Assembly (NCBI GenBank): GCA_002633005.1
Contig: NMRA01000075.1
Span: 882,028 to 946,027 of the forward strand
Reading direction: 5' to 3'
Length of the DNA stretch: 64,000 nt
Source of the DNA: Phoronis australis
Taxonomy: Eukaryota > Animalia > Phoronida
The stretch's first letter is position 1; each line of letters opens with the position of its first letter. Positions 60,320-64,000 of this stretch are shown piece after piece. A program made the translations under genes and the position numbers. The notes below the pieces were generated by a model. The model was not told where the DNA came from, searched no databases, and saw nothing but the letters and a program-made list of their open reading frames with translations.

Positions 60320-62172
60320 GTATCAACACATTCGACCCAAACAATCAAAACTGTGAAAAATACAACAAGATTGACCGCCATCAAAAAGTTGGAATTTTGA
60401 AGAACGTGAAGATCACTATTTGTGAATTACAGAAAAAGGCTACTTTCAATGGTTAGAATAAACAAATATTTTTTCAATACTATCACAAGAATAGTATTTC
60501 CATCTGAAAACGGAAAGATTGCGTCACTTCACTAACAAAAGCCTGTACACCAAATTTTATGAAAATACCTTGAGGACCTTTGAAGATACAGAGATAAACG
60601 TAAAAAAATAAAACTGCCACTAGGTGGCACACCAGTAGTCAGATCTGTTCGAAAGTCGTCGTCGTCCGTTGTCATCATCATACAAATGCACTTATTCACT
60701 TTAGTAAAAATCCTGCAAACGGTTTAGGACTAGCCATAGGCGCAAAACAACTGCCACTAGGAGGCGCCACAGTAGTCGAAGTCCTCGGAAAATCATCGTC
60801 ACCAGTCCACTTCATAGTAAAAATATACGTGCCAATTTTCGCAATCGTGCTTAGAGCGACTTGGTCGATAGCGGGGTGGACTACAGAAATGGCAAAATAC
60901 GTACCTCCCGTATTGGCTGACATGTGCGGTAGTACTGAATAACGTGTTTCTGCAATGTATCATGTATCATAAGCAGGGTGACAGTTTAATAACTATATAT
61001 TCGTCACATGCGCAGTTCTTGTCAGGTGTTCATTGAAACGTTACATTCGTCTAGTGTAGACAGGGCGAAGCATGAACCATTATTTGAGTGTTTGGTGGTA
61101 ATTAGTTCCGACTGCTAACTGATAAAGGTGTTTAGTTTATTTCAATGCGCTTTTGAAGTTTGATTATGCCTCCATTTGACTAGTACATTTTGGTGCTTTG
61201 ATGCGCAGTTAGTGTCTGTAAAAAATCATTTACTCCATTGCTGGTGAATTTTGATAGGAAATTATTCTGAGAAAATTGTTTTTGTACAAAACTGTTGCGG
61301 TGTTCAAGGAATCAGTGTCATTATAAAGCTCGCCTAACAAAAGTGATAGCTAGTTCACAGTATTTTTGGTCTTAGTCGACTACACATCTGACAAAGCTGG
61401 TAGTCACCCAATTAATTTTTCCGACACAGCTCCCTACACAGAGAGACTTCCGTGGCTTATTGGAAAACCACCTCTTATTAAATTAATGAATAAAAACCTG
61501 TTGAAAATTTCGTTGTGCGACGTCAGTTTCGTTTTAACGGCTTTAATTATACTTCCCGGTTCACTCATATTCTTTTGTTTACGTAAATAAACATTTCTTT
61601 CTGGATTCAGAGTTGGGGCGGTTTATGCTTCTACACAAAAAGTTATACTCTTAATTTTAGTATTTATGTTTTATTGATACTCATTGTGTTTTCTAAGAAA
61701 TAAGAGAAAACAGTGAGCAACGGACTTCGGCTCTAGCTACATGTATTTAGCTCAAACACCAAACCCTAAAAATGCAGAAGTTTGCCTTACAAAAGCGGGC
61801 CAATTTCAAAATTACGACCACCCCCACCGTTTCACTTGATGGCCATTGGTGGGTGAGGTTGAATGCCATTATTAAACACCACAACAAAAACTTGATGCAA
61901 AATCAACATTTGTCAAGTTAAATGATCTGTTATTTGAAATAAAAAGTTTAACATAATTTTTATCATTAATCCGTATGTAACAGAAGAACCGAATGCTTTA
62001 CAGTTTATGACCAACCACTTTGTTTATTAACTGGGAAGAATATTGTCTTTCCACTTTTTTACGGTTCATGGCAAGCGACTGTGTTTATTAACTGGGAAGA
62101 ATATTGTCTTTCCACTTTCGTGACTATTTTTTAGTTTCCAACAGTAAATACAATTTGTTCTCCAAGACTGAG

Positions 62173-63077
62173 TGTCAGAATAAATATTGATTATAATAAG
62201 TAATTAGTAAGAATAGATCCATCTTAAGTTGCCCAAAATTTGTGCATGTGTACTTTTAAATCATGGGGTCAGACTTGTTGACATGTATTTTAACGTCAAA
62301 ATCTATTTTTAGATGGTGTTTACAACTTGGGGTTCTGGGGTCAAAGTACTCTAGAGATTCTAGAATATTCTGAGAACAAATTGTAACAGCCAATAATATG
62401 AGTGGATATGATCATGTGGTTTTTATTAGCCAATCACTAAATAAGTAGAATGTTATATTATGGGTTGAAATCAAGAAGATAATCAGATGCGCTAAAGTAG
62501 TTGAAGCACAAAGACTTGCTCCAGTGTACAGAAGCAGTTGTACGACAGAGTCATCTCGTGGAAGATTCTAGAAAGGATCTTGGCAAGGGCAAGGGTTAAC
62601 GAACCGGAAGTTAACTAAAAGCTTGTCACTTGCATTGTGGGTAGTAAGATACTACCTGAAGTGTTGCGTCATCAGCCAGAGACTGTGACCAGCAAGAAGA
62701 ATCGCGGGTAGAAGAAATTGCCTGCAAGTATTGAATCACCAGAGACGGTGACCAGTAAGTACACTGTCGCTATACAGTGTGTGTGTAGTTTGAAGATTCA
62801 CCAACAGGACAGACATCCAACAAGTGGACAGTCCTAGCTTGGATAGCAGATAAGACATTTGATCGTTTGGTTGTTTGATTAAAGTAATCTTTAAAGAGGG
62901 CGCTAGCGTAGTTTCTCTTTGTAGTTGATTACTTAATCAACAATAGGTTTCATTTGTCTAATTAGGGGTTATCATATAATAAATTAATTACTGGATTTGA
63001 TTATTCACTCTCCATCTACGCACAACTTCAAACCATAGCTACCTTTTAAACAAACCCACACAGACAATCGTCTGACA
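62173..63077 (+). mobile_element. 5' LTR of a Ty3/Gypsy retrotransposon (905 bp)
   Basis: TGTCAGA...TCTGACA inverted termini, immediately followed by a PBS and gag. Confidence 0.8.
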
Positions 63078-63079
63078 GT

Positions 63080-63096
63080 TGGGGGCCAGTCCGGGA
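63080..63096 (+). promoter_or_regulatory. Primer-binding site, tRNA-Pro-like
   Basis: TGGGGGCCAGTCCGGGA lies 2 nt after the LTR end and matches the tRNA-Pro PBS TGGGGGCTCGTCCGGGA at 15/17 positions. Confidence 0.7.
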
Positions 63097-63206
63097 GAGT
63101 TTAGATAAATGTTTACGTGGTTGTGTTGAATTGTTTTGAATTCAGTAATTACCGTTTGAATATTAATTAATAAAGTGCATTCTGGGAATAATACCCTTCC
63201 TCTAAA

Positions 63207-64000
63207 ATGGATTTTGAAAAGTATATTACGCAAGCGAAACAATTCGGTTATACCGGTGAAGAGTTAAGGAAGTGCGCAGAGGAGCTCTTGCGGCAGGCCT
63301 TGGAGCGTGAAGAGCGTGCCCATAAACGAGAATTGGAAAAGCATAGCTTGCACGGGAACAAGCAGAGCGTGCTCATCAACGAGAGCTAGAGCAAGCCGAG
63401 TATGAACATAAGCTCGAACAAGAACGAGCCGAGGGGGCCCAAGCTATTGAGATTAAGAAGCAGAAGACACTGAAACTCCAGATTGAGCTCAAAGCGACAC
63501 CTAGTGGTGGGGCTTCAAGCAGTGGTGTACGTACCAGTCGCCCCAAATTGCCACGGTTCAACGAGCGCGTCGACGACATGGATGCCTTCCTAGCCCGATT
63601 TGAGACATTCGCCACCAGCCAGAAATGGGATAAATCTGAGTGGGCTGTGGACTTGAGTCCATTGTTGACAGGTAAAGGCCTACAGGTGTTAAACAACATG
63701 CCGTCTGACCAAATTAACAACTATGACCAACTTAAGGTGGCGCTGCTGCACAGGTATGAATTAACCGAAGATGGGTTCCGACGGAAGTTCAGAGAGTCCA
63801 AGCCTGAAAAGGGTGAAAACGTGTTCCAATTCGGGGCAAGACTGAAGAGGTTCTTTGACCGATGGACACAACTGGCGGAGGTCGAGGCGACTTATGATGG
63901 ACTCAGAGACTTACTGATCCGAGAACAGTTTCTGGGAGTATGCCATCCTGAGATGTCCGTATTCCTGAGGGAACGGAAACCGAAGACCTTCGACGAGATG
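63207..64000 (+). pseudogene. Gypsy (Gmr1-like) gag with SCAN-like capsid region, one frameshift near 63345, runs off the window
   Basis: MDFEKYITQAKQFGYTGEEL..coiled coil; second frame RPKLPRFNERVDDMDAFLARFETFA..W..LLTGKG..YDQLKVALLHRYELTEDGFRRKFR..LIREQFL..FLRERKPKT. Confidence 0.88.

Overview
This window is eukaryotic (animal, probably marine invertebrate) genomic DNA with spliceosomal introns. No CRISPR, operon or rRNA is present, and most ORFs in the track are spurious. Host genes, all on the minus strand: (1) 5294-13173, a single-pass membrane receptor with a short ectodomain and a cytoplasmic ZU5 + UPA-like + death domain (UNC5/UNC5CL/PIDD-type module) that keeps the HFS autoproteolysis motif; (2) two tandem SLC6 Na+/Cl- dependent transporter paralogs of the GABA/taurine/creatine group. 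Copy B (36532-58238) is complete with 12 coding exons and 627 aa; copy A (20083-34763) is cut off at an assembly N. Mobile DNA: an internally deleted Kolobok (TTAA TSD; THAP remnant plus a P2X7-ballast/KolX-like remnant), a 2.36-kb non-autonomous Polinton/Maverick-like element (AGTAGT-type ends, ~860-bp TIRs, 6-bp TSD), an IS3EU-like integrase pseudogene, a Harbinger-like element, MITEs including a family with 5-bp TSDs, two LINE fragments, and the 5' LTR-PBS-gag of a Gypsy element at the right edge. Single Ns at 9527, 20082, 42544 and 44045 look like scaffold joins. All calls come from reading the sequence by eye; no database searches were run.
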